A DNA stretch of 64,000 nucleotides from Patescibacteria group bacterium. Its GTDB lineage: Bacteria; Patescibacteriota; Patescibacteriia; CAIXNZ01. The DNA is taken from assembly GCA_041651155.1 (NCBI GenBank), contig JBAZJU010000002.1:89852-153851 (forward strand), given 5' to 3'. Positions within the stretch are counted from its first letter, which is position 1. Every line of letters starts with the position of its first letter. Positions 49,968 to 58,716 of this stretch are shown here, piece after piece. The notes beneath the pieces were generated by a model. The model was not told the DNA's origin and ran no database searches. It saw only the letters and a list, made by a program, of their open reading frames with translations. A program made the translations under genes and the position numbers.

Positions 49968-49998
49968 AATTTGCTCCTTCCTTTGCCTGGTTCGCCGT

Positions 49999-50091
49999 TT
50001 ACGCTTTTTTGTCCTGCTTGCTTGCGGCCGATTTCTGCGTCGTGGCCTGCGACATTTTTCCAGCGACTACTTTCGGACCTGCTCTTGCCAT
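49999..50091 (-). CDS. RAGP-family micropeptide MARAGPKVVAGKMSQATTQKSAASKQDKKA (30 aa)
   Basis: AGGAGGT SD. Confidence 0.7.
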   Translation of the reverse strand: MARAGPKVVAGKMSQATTQKSAASKQDKKA

Positions 50092-50164
50092 AAGTCACCT
50101 CCTGGATTGTTTTGGGCAGGGTTTGTCCGTGTCAATGTTTTTGGCCGAAATGACCTCTGTCTTT

Positions 50165-50208
50165 AATTTACCAAAGAAAAAAAGATCAGGCAAGAAATTT
50201 GTGGATAA
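50165..50208 (-). promoter_or_regulatory. Unit B promoter with upstream DnaA box
   Basis: TTATCCACA-6-TTGCCT-17-TAAATT with extended TG. Confidence 0.65.
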
Positions 50209-50220
50209 ATTTGGCAAATT

Positions 50221-50280
50221 AAAAAGCCGGGATGGGCTTTTAATTAAGTATAAACATTTGTTGAATTTGCCAATCCCGGC
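50221..50280 (-). terminator. Large-loop terminator of micropeptide unit C
   Basis: GCCGGGAT...ATCCCGGC-TTTTT. Confidence 0.75.
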
Positions 50281-50311
50281 TCGTGTGACAGGCTTTTGCC
50301 CTGAAGATGTG

Positions 50312-50413
50312 TTAGCCTATCGCTATGTTCGCGGTTTCTTTGTCAGCGTGCACGCCGTTTTCCAAGGCGCCGTACGCGGAAAACAGATCGCTTTTGTTGA
50401 ACGTTACAATCAT
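50312..50413 (-). CDS. MIV-family micropeptide MIVTFNKSDLFSAYGALENGVHADKETANIAIG (33 aa)
   Basis: AAGGAGG SD. Confidence 0.65.
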   Translation of the reverse strand: MIVTFNKSDLFSAYGALENGVHADKETANIAIG

Positions 50414-50523
50414 AAGGGCCTCCTTTTTTGACCCAGATTGAGATGTTCGTGGATAAGCCCGCCTTTAAATCGCGGGGATTTTGCCGCTTTTTATATCGCC
50501 CTCAAGAGTTTCCTCTAGGGGCT

Positions 50524-50547
50524 TTATATTACACAGCGCAGTTCCAC
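50524..50547 (-). CDS. Heptapeptide ORF MELRCVI (GTG start)
   Basis: GGGAGG SD; synonymous CTG/CTA change versus 49379-49402. Confidence 0.5.
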   Translation of the reverse strand: MELRCVI

Positions 50548-50574
50548 TATGTCCTCCCTTTTCTGGTTCGCCGT

Positions 50575-50664
50575 TTACAGTGCCGTTTTCTTCGTGGCCG
50601 CTCGGGCCGGTAAGCTTTTGCTGACTTCCAATTTCGGACCTGCTCTTGCTCTCTTTTTCGACAT
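50575..50664 (-). CDS. RAGP-family micropeptide MSKKRARAGPKLEVSKSLPARAATKKTAL (29 aa)
   Basis: GAGGAGGT SD. Confidence 0.7.
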   Translation of the reverse strand: MSKKRARAGPKLEVSKSLPARAATKKTAL

Positions 50665-50745
50665 ACTTACCTCCTCTGTTCGGGTTTACGGGCAACTTTC
50701 GTGCCAGGGAATATATTATGGTCACCCGCGGCAACCTCTGCTTTA

Positions 50746-50789
50746 AATTTAACAAAGAAAAATATTATTGGCAAGGAATTTGTGGATAA
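50746..50789 (-). promoter_or_regulatory. Unit C promoter with upstream DnaA box
   Basis: TTATCCACA-6-TTGCCA-17-TAAATT with extended TG. Confidence 0.65.
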
Positions 50790-50902
50790 ATGTTTTCAGA
50801 TTGCGGATTACGATTACAGATTTCAGATTAAATCCAGATTTTTAAGAGAACTAAAAAGAGACAGTCAAGCTGTCCCTTTTTATAATCATTAGGTTGTTTA
50901 AT

Positions 50903-52168
50903 CTATTTTTTTGCTTTAACTTTTTTTTCTTTAACAGCTTTGGCTTTCTTTTCCTTAGTTTCTGGCTTTGCCTCTTTTTTTTCTGCCTTATCTTCTTTTT
51001 CTTTTGCTTTTGGTTCTTTAACTTCGGGAGTTTCAGTCTCGGCTGTTTGCTTTTTGACCTCTTTGAGAGCTTTAAGGCTTAAGCCTAAGCGGTGATCTTT
51101 TGGTTCAATAGAAATTATTCTGAATTTTATAGTATCTCCTGCTTTGGCAATTTCATTTAAATCAGTAATAGGTTTATCAGAAAGTTCAGAAATATGAGCC
51201 AAACCGTGAATGTCTGGATCTAATTCTACAAATAAGCCAAACGGGTTAGCCTTTAAAACTTTGCCCTCAACCAAATCATTGACTTTATACTTATCATAAA
51301 CATGAACCCAGGGATCTTCTTTTAGTTTTTTCATTGACAGAAATATCTTTGTGCCTTCAATATTAATTATTTCCGCTTCTACGACATCTCCAACCTTGAT
51401 AAAGTCGCGCGGGTCATCAATTCTTTGCCAGGCAAGTTCAGAAATATGAACCAGGCCTTCCATTTTGTTGTCAAATTCCACAAAGACGCCAAAATCTGTG
51501 ACTGCAGTGACCTTCCCTTTGATTCTATCGCCAACTTTATATTTGGAAACAACCTTTTCTTGTGATTCTTCCCAGGCTGCTTTTTCAGATACAATCAGCT
51601 TTTCCTCTTTTTCATCAACATCAAGCACTTTAACCTGCAAAGGCTGATTAATAAATTTTCTTAAGAATTCTAAAATTTTATTTTTGTCTCCGCCTTCAAC
51701 GCGTGGATAATGTTCGGGTATTAATTGGGAAACAGGCAAAAAGCCGGCAATATGGCCGATTTTAGTCATCAGGCCGCCTTTGTTTGCATCACTAATTTTA
51801 ACCGTCAGAACTTCGCCTGATTTCATCAGATCTTTTAAACTGTCCCAGGCTCTTTGCTGGCCGGCATAACGAAAAGAAAGTTCCATTTCGCCATTTTCAT
51901 TTTCCATGTCTATGACAGTTGCTTCAACGCTATCTCCGATTTTAAGATGGCCGAATTCCTCTGATTCATTATAAAGTTCGCGTCCGCGCACAATACCGGT
52001 TTTAATGCCGTCAATATCAAGGCGCACCTCGGCTTTGGAAGCAGAGATTACCTTGCCTTTAATGACTTCGCTGATTTTTGGTAATTTTAAATATGGTGAA
52101 TCGCCACTCAGTAATTTGGCGAATTCGGAATTTGTGTTTTCTGGTTTTTTAGGATCTTTTTTTGACAT
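50903..52168 (-). CDS. rpsA: 30S ribosomal protein bS1 (four S1 domains)
   Basis: NKGGL, GFLPVSQ, FGVFVE..EGLVHISELAW and HGLAHISELS motifs. Confidence 0.93.
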   Translation of the reverse strand: MSKKDPKKPENTNSEFAKLLSGDSPYLKLPKISEVIKGKVISASKAEVRLDIDGIKTGIVRGRELYNESEEFGHLKIGDSVEATVIDMENENGEMELSFRYAGQQRAWDSLKDLMKSGEVLTVKISDANKGGLMTKIGHIAGFLPVSQLIPEHYPRVEGGDKNKILEFLRKFINQPLQVKVLDVDEKEEKLIVSEKAAWEESQEKVVSKYKVGDRIKGKVTAVTDFGVFVEFDNKMEGLVHISELAWQRIDDPRDFIKVGDVVEAEIINIEGTKIFLSMKKLKEDPWVHVYDKYKVNDLVEGKVLKANPFGLFVELDPDIHGLAHISELSDKPITDLNEIAKAGDTIKFRIISIEPKDHRLGLSLKALKEVKKQTAETETPEVKEPKAKEKEDKAEKKEAKPETKEKKAKAVKEKKVKAKK

Positions 52169-52447
52169 AGGATTATATGGAAATAGGTAATATGTAATAG
52201 GTAATAAGGATTGGGATTATATTTTTATAAAATTATCCTTTCCGTATTACGTATTACTTATTTCAGTTTCTATTTTTAAATAAAACAATCTCCCTTAAAT
52301 TGAGAGACTTTATTTAAGGTTAACCTGCGCAAAGCTTTTAAAATTGCCTTGACAAGTCCCATCCTTTTGAAATGTTTAGGAGGGGTGAATTAGCAAATTT
52401 TATAGATCTAACTTATATTTAGAGTTTAGCTTAAAATAAAAAATAAG

Positions 52448-53491
52448 TCAAGGCTTGAATTCCTGGAGCAGGTTGGTCAGGAGTTTTTTATTTTCCATGC
52501 TAAGATTTGAATTTGTTAATTGGTTGCGGAGAAATGAAATTATCGGGTCTTTAAGGACTGGGGGTAATTGTTGATTAAGCAGTTTTTGCAAACCGAGTAA
52601 TATTTCTTTGATTTTTTGCTGGTCACTGGTTTCCAATGCCTGGGCAAAATCCTTTTTATAAATATCCAGCTTATTTTTTATTTCTTGCGCCTGCGAAGGG
52701 TATAAGCCTGCTTCTTTTATTTGTTTATTTTCATTAATCTTGGCAATGATTAACAAAAGAAAAAAGATAATAGCAATAATAATAATTTTCTTTTTGTGTT
52801 TTTGCCAGAAGGTCTTTCGGAGCTGTTTTGGCAACAATGAAATAGGCTCTTTCTCTCCCAAATTTTTTTCTATTGGCGTCTGGTTCTCAACAGGGATATT
52901 TATTTCTTCTTTTGATAAATTGGCATGAGCCTCGGCCATCTGCTGGCGTTTTAATTTAGCGCGGATCAAATTGGTTTGTTCAGTCACAACTTTATAAGCT
53001 TTAATTTCTTCCGGGATGCCCTTTAATTTGCGGTAGCCGACTTCAGCAGTCGGAATTTCATTTTTATTCATAGTCAGATAAACAGCTTCTGTAAAATAAA
53101 CTTCATTTGGTTCGGCAATGGCTTCAATGCGTGAAGCAATATTGACTGGCTCGCCGAAAACATCTCCGTCCTTAAGATTGACTTCTCCGGAATTAATGGC
53201 AATTCTGACTTCTATCTGGTCGCTGGAAGTTGCGCGGGCATTATGGTTTAAAATGTTTTCCTGAATTTTCATGCCGCAAAGGACAGCGTCAGTCGGGCTT
53301 TCAAAAGTCACCAAAAAAGCATCACCAATAGTTTTGACTATAGTACCGTCAAATTGCTTGATTGCCGGCTTAATCAATTCGTCCTGCAATTCTAAAAGAT
53401 GATGCAATTGCTGGCGCGATTGGGTGGATGCGCGGGCGGTAAAGCCCTTCATATCCGTGAACATGATGGATAAATGTTTGGTTGAGAGCAT
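52448..53491 (-). CDS. Class III adenylate/guanylate cyclase with a single TM
   Basis: IMFTDMKGFT, VKTIGDAFL and DVFGEPVNIASRIE motifs. Confidence 0.92.
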   Translation of the reverse strand: MLSTKHLSIMFTDMKGFTARASTQSRQQLHHLLELQDELIKPAIKQFDGTIVKTIGDAFLVTFESPTDAVLCGMKIQENILNHNARATSSDQIEVRIAINSGEVNLKDGDVFGEPVNIASRIEAIAEPNEVYFTEAVYLTMNKNEIPTAEVGYRKLKGIPEEIKAYKVVTEQTNLIRAKLKRQQMAEAHANLSKEEINIPVENQTPIEKNLGEKEPISLLPKQLRKTFWQKHKKKIIIIAIIFFLLLIIAKINENKQIKEAGLYPSQAQEIKNKLDIYKKDFAQALETSDQQKIKEILLGLQKLLNQQLPPVLKDPIISFLRNQLTNSNLSMENKKLLTNLLQEFKP

Positions 53492-53667
53492 ATTTTTCAG
53501 GAGTATATTTTAGTCCCCGTGCTATTAATATACTGTAAAATTTGGAAAATTAAAAGAGGTAAGCACCCCTTTTTTTATTTTCAACTTTATGATAAAATTA
53601 AATTAAATTGATTATCTTTCCGCCAAAGGCGGAAATTCTTAATTTACTTAATTAGCTTAATTTAATT

Positions 53668-54306
53668 ATGACTATTTTTTGGTTAGGCCAGGCAGCTTTC
53701 AAAATCGTGGATAAGGAAGTGACTGTGGCGATTGATCCTTATGATAAAATTGGCCTAAAAATGCCGAAATTTCAGGCTGAAATACTGCTTATTACTCACG
53801 ATCATTCTGACCATAATTATCTTGACGCCATTAAAGGCGAGCCTTTTGTAATTGACAGCCAGGGCGAATATGAAGTAAAAAATGTTTTTGTCTATGGCTT
53901 GCCAGCTTACCATGACAATAAACAGGGGGCAGAAAGCGGGCAGATAACTGTTTATGTTATTGAAATGGAAGGCATGAAGATTGCCCATTTGGGCGATATT
54001 GGGCAAGACAGCTTGACTGATGAGCAATTAGAAGAATTGGAAGGTGTTGACATTTTGTTAATTCCGGTTGGTGGTGAAGAAACTATTAATGCTACAGGCG
54101 CTGTCAAAATAATCAGCCAGATTCAACCGCGCATTGTCATCCCTATGCATTATAAAATTCCGGGAGTAAATATAAAGCTGGATCCGCTTGATAAATTCTT
54201 GAAAGAATTTGGGGTTGCTAGCCCTGAGAAAATGGATAAGTTGAAGATTAATAAAAAAGATCTGCCACAGGAAGAAACCAAGGTAATTGTTTTAGAAAAG
54301 AGCTAA
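53668..54306 (+). CDS. MBL-fold hydrolase (Lactamase_B_3)
   Basis: THDHSDH, HLGDIG and IPMHY motifs. Confidence 0.9.
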   Translation: MTIFWLGQAAFKIVDKEVTVAIDPYDKIGLKMPKFQAEILLITHDHSDHNYLDAIKGEPFVIDSQGEYEVKNVFVYGLPAYHDNKQGAESGQITVYVIEMEGMKIAHLGDIGQDSLTDEQLEELEGVDILLIPVGGEETINATGAVKIISQIQPRIVIPMHYKIPGVNIKLDPLDKFLKEFGVASPEKMDKLKINKKDLPQEETKVIVLEKS

Positions 54307-54393
54307 TAAGAATGATAAGCCACAGATTAATAATCACTGACTGCACTGATACAATCAGGGTAATCTGTGAATAAAATTAGTGTTTAAAAAACT

Positions 54394-55128
54394 ATGGCGA
54401 GAAAAAAGGCAAAACAAAAAACCAAGAAAAAGTTAGTTAAAAAAATAGGGCGGAAAAAAGTTCGTTCTAATTTAGGCACCAGGATAAAAGTAAAAGAAGA
54501 AAAAGAAGCTGCAGTTGAAACAATTGTGGGCGCAAGTTTATCGCCATTTGAAGCGACAAAAGATGAATCGTTTGAATTTGAGAGTAATGATTTTGAGGAC
54601 AAAACTGAACGTCAAAGTTTTAACGCTTATGATAATCCTATCTTGATTCAAGAAGCGGATCCAAATGAGGAAATAAATAATGAGATTTCGCAGGCAGATG
54701 AAGCAATGGCTCCACAGGAGCAAATTAACCCCGCTGATTCCAAGAACCCAGAACCCTGGCAAAATTTAACTCCCAGACAAAAAAATTTGATAATGTATAT
54801 TTCCCTGACTTGTGTCATGGTTATAATAGTAGGTTTTTGGTTTGTGGGCCTGAAAGCAAGCTTTGGCCAGAATTTAAAAGGCCTCAATTTCAATATCAAT
54901 GAAGTCCAGGGAGTGAAACAGGGCTTAAATTCAGCCAACCAGCAGATCTCGGAGATAAAAACCCAGCTTGATAATCAGGCGAGTTCAATTACCGATATTA
55001 AAAATAAGGCCGAGGAATTAATTATTGAAGAGCAGATAAAAAATGATGTTGCCCAAAAATTAAAAGATAAATTGCAAAATCAGAATATAAATTCCGAGGC
55101 AGAATTAAATGCTAACACCGCAGAATAA
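54394..55128 (+). CDS. Hypothetical single-TM coiled-coil protein
   Basis: Basic N-terminus, acidic linker, TM, coiled coil; 8 bp upstream of gyrA. Confidence 0.7.
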   Translation: MARKKAKQKTKKKLVKKIGRKKVRSNLGTRIKVKEEKEAAVETIVGASLSPFEATKDESFEFESNDFEDKTERQSFNAYDNPILIQEADPNEEINNEISQADEAMAPQEQINPADSKNPEPWQNLTPRQKNLIMYISLTCVMVIIVGFWFVGLKASFGQNLKGLNFNINEVQGVKQGLNSANQQISEIKTQLDNQASSITDIKNKAEELIIEEQIKNDVAQKLKDKLQNQNINSEAELNANTAE

Positions 55129-55136
55129 AATATTTT

Positions 55137-57728
55137 ATGTCAGCGAAGAAAGTTAATAAAAAATTAAAGAAAATCACAAAACCAAAAGCCCCGAAAGAGG
55201 CTAAGGTTTTAAAATCCAGCCAAGCCGAGCTTGAAATTAAACCAAAAGACGAGGATGTTAAGCAGGATACGACAGCCATGGTTGTGACAAATTTAGGGAA
55301 ATTAGAAGAAAGATCCTTGGTTGATGAAATGCAGGAGTCATATTTGGATTATGCCATGTCTGTGATTGTGGCCCGCGCTTTGCCAGATGTACGTGATGGC
55401 TTAAAGCCAGTTCACCGCAGGATTTTATATGCCATGTGGGATATTGGCTTGAAATCCAGTGCCAAATTTAGAAAATCTGCCACGATCGTCGGTGAAGTTT
55501 TGGGCAAATACCATCCGCATGGCGATGTGGCTGTTTATGATTCCATGGTTAGAATGGCTCAGGATTTTTCTTTGCGCTATCCTTTGGTTTGGGGCCAGGG
55601 CAATTTTGGTTCCATGGATGGCGATCGTGCGGCTGCCTATCGTTATACTGAAGCCAAATTAAAAGCAATCGCTGAGGAAATGTTAATGGATATTGATAAG
55701 GATACTGTTAATTTCATTCCTAATTATGATGGTTCGCATAATGAACCATTGGTTTTGCCGGCTAAATTGCCAAATCTTTTATTAAACGGCACCATGGGCA
55801 TTGCCGTGGGTATGGCAACTAATATTCCACCCCATAATTTGACCGAACTATGCGACGGGATTACTCATCTAATTGATAATCCCAAAGCCACGGTTGAGGA
55901 CTTAATGAAATTCATTAAAGGTCCTGATTTCCCGACTGGCGGCATTATATATGATATTAAAGAAATCCAAAGAGCATATGCCACAGGCAAAGGCGCGATT
56001 GTGATGAGAGCCAAAGCTGAAATAGTGGAAGCACAAGGCAAATTTAAAATTATTGTGACAGAAATTCCTTATCAGGTTAATAAGGCGACTTTAGTGGAAA
56101 AAATTGCCACCTTGGTTCAGGAAAAGAAAATCAAAGACATTAAGGATTTGCGCGATGAATCAAATAAAGACGGGGTGCGCATCGTGATTGAACTGAAAAA
56201 AGAATCATATCCAAAAAAGATTTTAAATCAGCTTTATAAACTAACCCAGTTGCAGGAAACTTTCCATGTTAATGCCCTGGCTTTGATTGATGGCTTACAG
56301 CCCAGAGTTTTGACTTTAAAAATGATTTTAGAAGAATATGTCAAACACCGCGAAATTGTGATCAGGCGCAGGACTGAATTTGATTTGAACAAAGCCAAAG
56401 AAAGAGCCCATATTTTGGAGGGCTTAGTTAAGGCGCTAAAAGATATTGATCGGGTAATTGAAACAATCAAGAAGTCAAAAGATAAAGATGAAGCCAAAAA
56501 TAATTTAATGAAAAAATTTAAGTTTACAGAAATTCAGGCTATTGCCATTTTGGAAATGCGCTTACAACAATTGGCTAATCTGGAAAGGCAGAGATTAATT
56601 GATGAATTAAAAGAGAAGAGGAAATTGATTGAAGAGCTGGAATCAATTTTGAAATCAAGAACAAAAATTTTAAACATCATTAAAAAAGATTTAATTGAGA
56701 TTAAAGATAAATACGGAGATGACAGAAGAACAGACATAGTTAAATCTCCAGTCGGTGAATTTTCAGTTAAAGATTTAATACCAAATGAACCGACAATGGT
56801 GATGGTTACTCAAGACGGCTATATTAAACGCTTGCCGACAGATACTTTTAAAACCCAATCGCGCGGCGGCAAGGGAGTAATTGGCTTGACCACGAAAGAA
56901 GAAGATATTGTGGAACATTTTTTTGCGACAACTACTCATTCAGATTTATTATTCTTTACCACGAGCGGCCGAGTTTTCCAGCTCAAAGCTTATGAAGTGC
57001 CGCAAACAACCAGAACTTCAAAAGGCCAGGCTTTGGTAAACTTTTTACAGCTGGCGCCGCATGAAAAAGTCACTTCAGTTTTAGATCTGGCCGATTTGAG
57101 CGGTTATAAATATTTAGTTTTGGTCACGAAAAAAGGCTTGATTAAAAAAGTTGATATTCAGGAAATAACTAAAGTCAGAAAAAGCGGCTTGATTGCCATT
57201 AAATTAAAATCAGGCGGCGATATTTTGCTCTGGGCTAAACCAGCGACAGGTGATGATGAAATTATTTTAGTCACTTCTGGCGGCATGTCAGTCAGGTTTA
57301 AGGAAAAAGGCATAAGAGCTATGGGGCGGGCAGCTTCTGGTGTCAGAGGCATTAGATTAAAAGGTGATGATGTGGTTGTGCGCATGGATATCAGTGAAAA
57401 AGCTGTTAAAGATGAAAATTTGGATTTACTGGTTGTCATGGAAAATGGTTTTGGCAAACGAACCAGTATAAAAGAATATAGGTTGCAGGGCCGTGGCGGT
57501 ACTGGCATTAAGGCTGCTAAAATAACTTCCAAGACAGGTAAGATTGTTGGCGCGCGTTTGATTAATAATAAAGATTTGGATCGCGACATGATTATAATTT
57601 CAGAAAAAGGCCAGGTCATTCGTCTGCCTTTGAAATCTGTCAGCCATTTAGGCCGCGCTACTCAGGGTGTTAGATTAATGAGATTTAAGGAGGTGAAGGA
57701 TAAGGTGGCAAGTATTACGCTAATTTGA
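55137..57728 (+). CDS. gyrA: DNA gyrase subunit A
   Basis: [29 protein letters not shown] and GyrA-box QSRGGKG. Confidence 0.98.
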   Translation: MSAKKVNKKLKKITKPKAPKEAKVLKSSQAELEIKPKDEDVKQDTTAMVVTNLGKLEERSLVDEMQESYLDYAMSVIVARALPDVRDGLKPVHRRILYAMWDIGLKSSAKFRKSATIVGEVLGKYHPHGDVAVYDSMVRMAQDFSLRYPLVWGQGNFGSMDGDRAAAYRYTEAKLKAIAEEMLMDIDKDTVNFIPNYDGSHNEPLVLPAKLPNLLLNGTMGIAVGMATNIPPHNLTELCDGITHLIDNPKATVEDLMKFIKGPDFPTGGIIYDIKEIQRAYATGKGAIVMRAKAEIVEAQGKFKIIVTEIPYQVNKATLVEKIATLVQEKKIKDIKDLRDESNKDGVRIVIELKKESYPKKILNQLYKLTQLQETFHVNALALIDGLQPRVLTLKMILEEYVKHREIVIRRRTEFDLNKAKERAHILEGLVKALKDIDRVIETIKKSKDKDEAKNNLMKKFKFTEIQAIAILEMRLQQLANLERQRLIDELKEKRKLIEELESILKSRTKILNIIKKDLIEIKDKYGDDRRTDIVKSPVGEFSVKDLIPNEPTMVMVTQDGYIKRLPTDTFKTQSRGGKGVIGLTTKEEDIVEHFFATTTHSDLLFFTTSGRVFQLKAYEVPQTTRTSKGQALVNFLQLAPHEKVTSVLDLADLSGYKYLVLVTKKGLIKKVDIQEITKVRKSGLIAIKLKSGGDILLWAKPATGDDEIILVTSGGMSVRFKEKGIRAMGRAASGVRGIRLKGDDVVVRMDISEKAVKDENLDLLVVMENGFGKRTSIKEYRLQGRGGTGIKAAKITSKTGKIVGARLINNKDLDRDMIIISEKGQVIRLPLKSVSHLGRATQGVRLMRFKEVKDKVASITLI

Positions 57729-57866
57729 TGGCTTAACCACCCGCCTTCGTTAAAACTTCGGCAGGCAGGCAGATTAATATTCACTGATAACACTGATTGA
57801 AATAAAAAAATCCCGTACGATGTGCGGGATTTTTGGTTCTCTATATGTTTAAAATTATTTTGTCTT

Positions 57867-58166
57867 TTAATCTACACGTGGGGGACGGCTGTTGGCCAAA
57901 AATTGGTTAATCATGATGCTCCCTTTCGATGGCCGTGATGGCCTTTTTATTACTTTGCCTTTTACCTTTAGCGCGCCAACCCGAAAGCCCTCTTTTAATA
58001 GATGGCTACGAATCCTGCTTAATTCAGCCAAGGAGCCGGAAATTGTGGAGCAAATTTTATCTTTTCTGCGTCTGCGTTTGATTTGTTCCCAATTTTTAAA
58101 ACAACCGAGGTGATTATACATTATGCTATTAGTCATCTCTCCAGCTATAAGATTTAGTTCTGCCAT
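57867..58166 (-). CDS. Hypothetical protein, paralogue of 58178-58393
   Basis: AAGGAGGT SD; shared DK.C.T.SG.L...HL..EG...G.L pattern. Confidence 0.65.
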   Translation of the reverse strand: MAELNLIAGEMTNSIMYNHLGCFKNWEQIKRRRRKDKICSTISGSLAELSRIRSHLLKEGFRVGALKVKGKVIKRPSRPSKGSIMINQFLANSRPPRVD

Positions 58167-58177
58167 TTTTACCTCCT

Positions 58178-58393
58178 TTAGTTCTCTATGAGTTCGCCGG
58201 TTGGCAATCCTTCTCTTTTCAAATGCTGTTGGACTGCCTCTATGTCTGGTAATGTCCCAGAAACAGTAAAGCAGGCTTTATCTTCTTTAAACTCTACCTT
58301 GCTAACAGAAAGACATTCTTTATAGAAGCTTCGAAGAGGATTGATGATCATATGGAAGGTTGCACGATAAACATCAAATTTCAGTTTTGCCAT
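58178..58393 (-). CDS. Hypothetical protein, paralogue of 57867-58166
   Basis: AAGGAGG SD. Confidence 0.65.
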   Translation of the reverse strand: MAKLKFDVYRATFHMIINPLRSFYKECLSVSKVEFKEDKACFTVSGTLPDIEAVQQHLKREGLPTGELIEN

Positions 58394-58405
58394 TTTGTCC
58401 TCCTT

Positions 58406-58492
58406 TTAGGATATTTCACCAGTCAACAAATTAGCCTGGAGCAGTTTGGGAATTGGTCTTGTTTCTTCTTTATTAAATTTTAAAGTACTCAT
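58406..58492 (-). CDS. Small ORF MSTLKFNKEETRPIPKLLQANLLTGEIS (28 aa)
   Basis: AAGGAGG SD; TTGACA-17-TAAGTT promoter at 58546-58518. Confidence 0.55.
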   Translation of the reverse strand: MSTLKFNKEETRPIPKLLQANLLTGEIS

Positions 58493-58716
58493 TTTCTCCT
58501 CCTTTCCAGTTAAAAATAACTTAACAATTTAAAGTAGCATTGTCAACACTTGCCAAAAATTGAAATTTAGTGTAAGATGGGATATAATTGTAGGGAAATC
58601 TACAATTTTAATTATTAATTGATAACCGAACCACGGATTTTTGTTCACTGATAACACTGATTTATATCCGTGTAAATCTGTGATTATTAATCTGTGTTTC
58701 AGTCTTCCCAAGTTCT

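Noticed and set aside
49270-50650. DGR template/variable repeat pair (49270-49503 vs 50420-50649)
   Set aside because: Mismatches run in both directions (T/C, C/T, A/G) and are not confined to adenines of one copy; no RT in the window.
49072-50789. Replication origin from three perfect DnaA boxes
   Set aside because: The boxes are 0.6-1.1 kb apart, each tied to a duplicated promoter; no dnaA/dnaN or box cluster.
48570-50790. CRISPR array
   Set aside because: Repeats are long and irregularly spaced, contain SD-ATG-stop units, and no cas genes are present.
48855-51082. 60-140 aa ORFs from the ORF track in the array region
   Set aside because: They lack well-placed SDs and break differently between repeat copies, whereas the SD-led sORF frames are conserved; treated as shadows.
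52340-52400. 16S 3'-end mimic (CACCCCTCCTA) in the rpsA leader
   Set aside because: More simply one arm of a local hairpin with AGGATGGG; no further support.
52448-54306. Cyclic-nucleotide anti-phage system (Pycsar-like cyclase plus MBL)
   Set aside because: The genes are divergent, the cyclase has ordinary adenylate-type KTIGD/DVFG motifs, and the MBL looks like a housekeeping Lactamase_B_3 upstream of gyrA.
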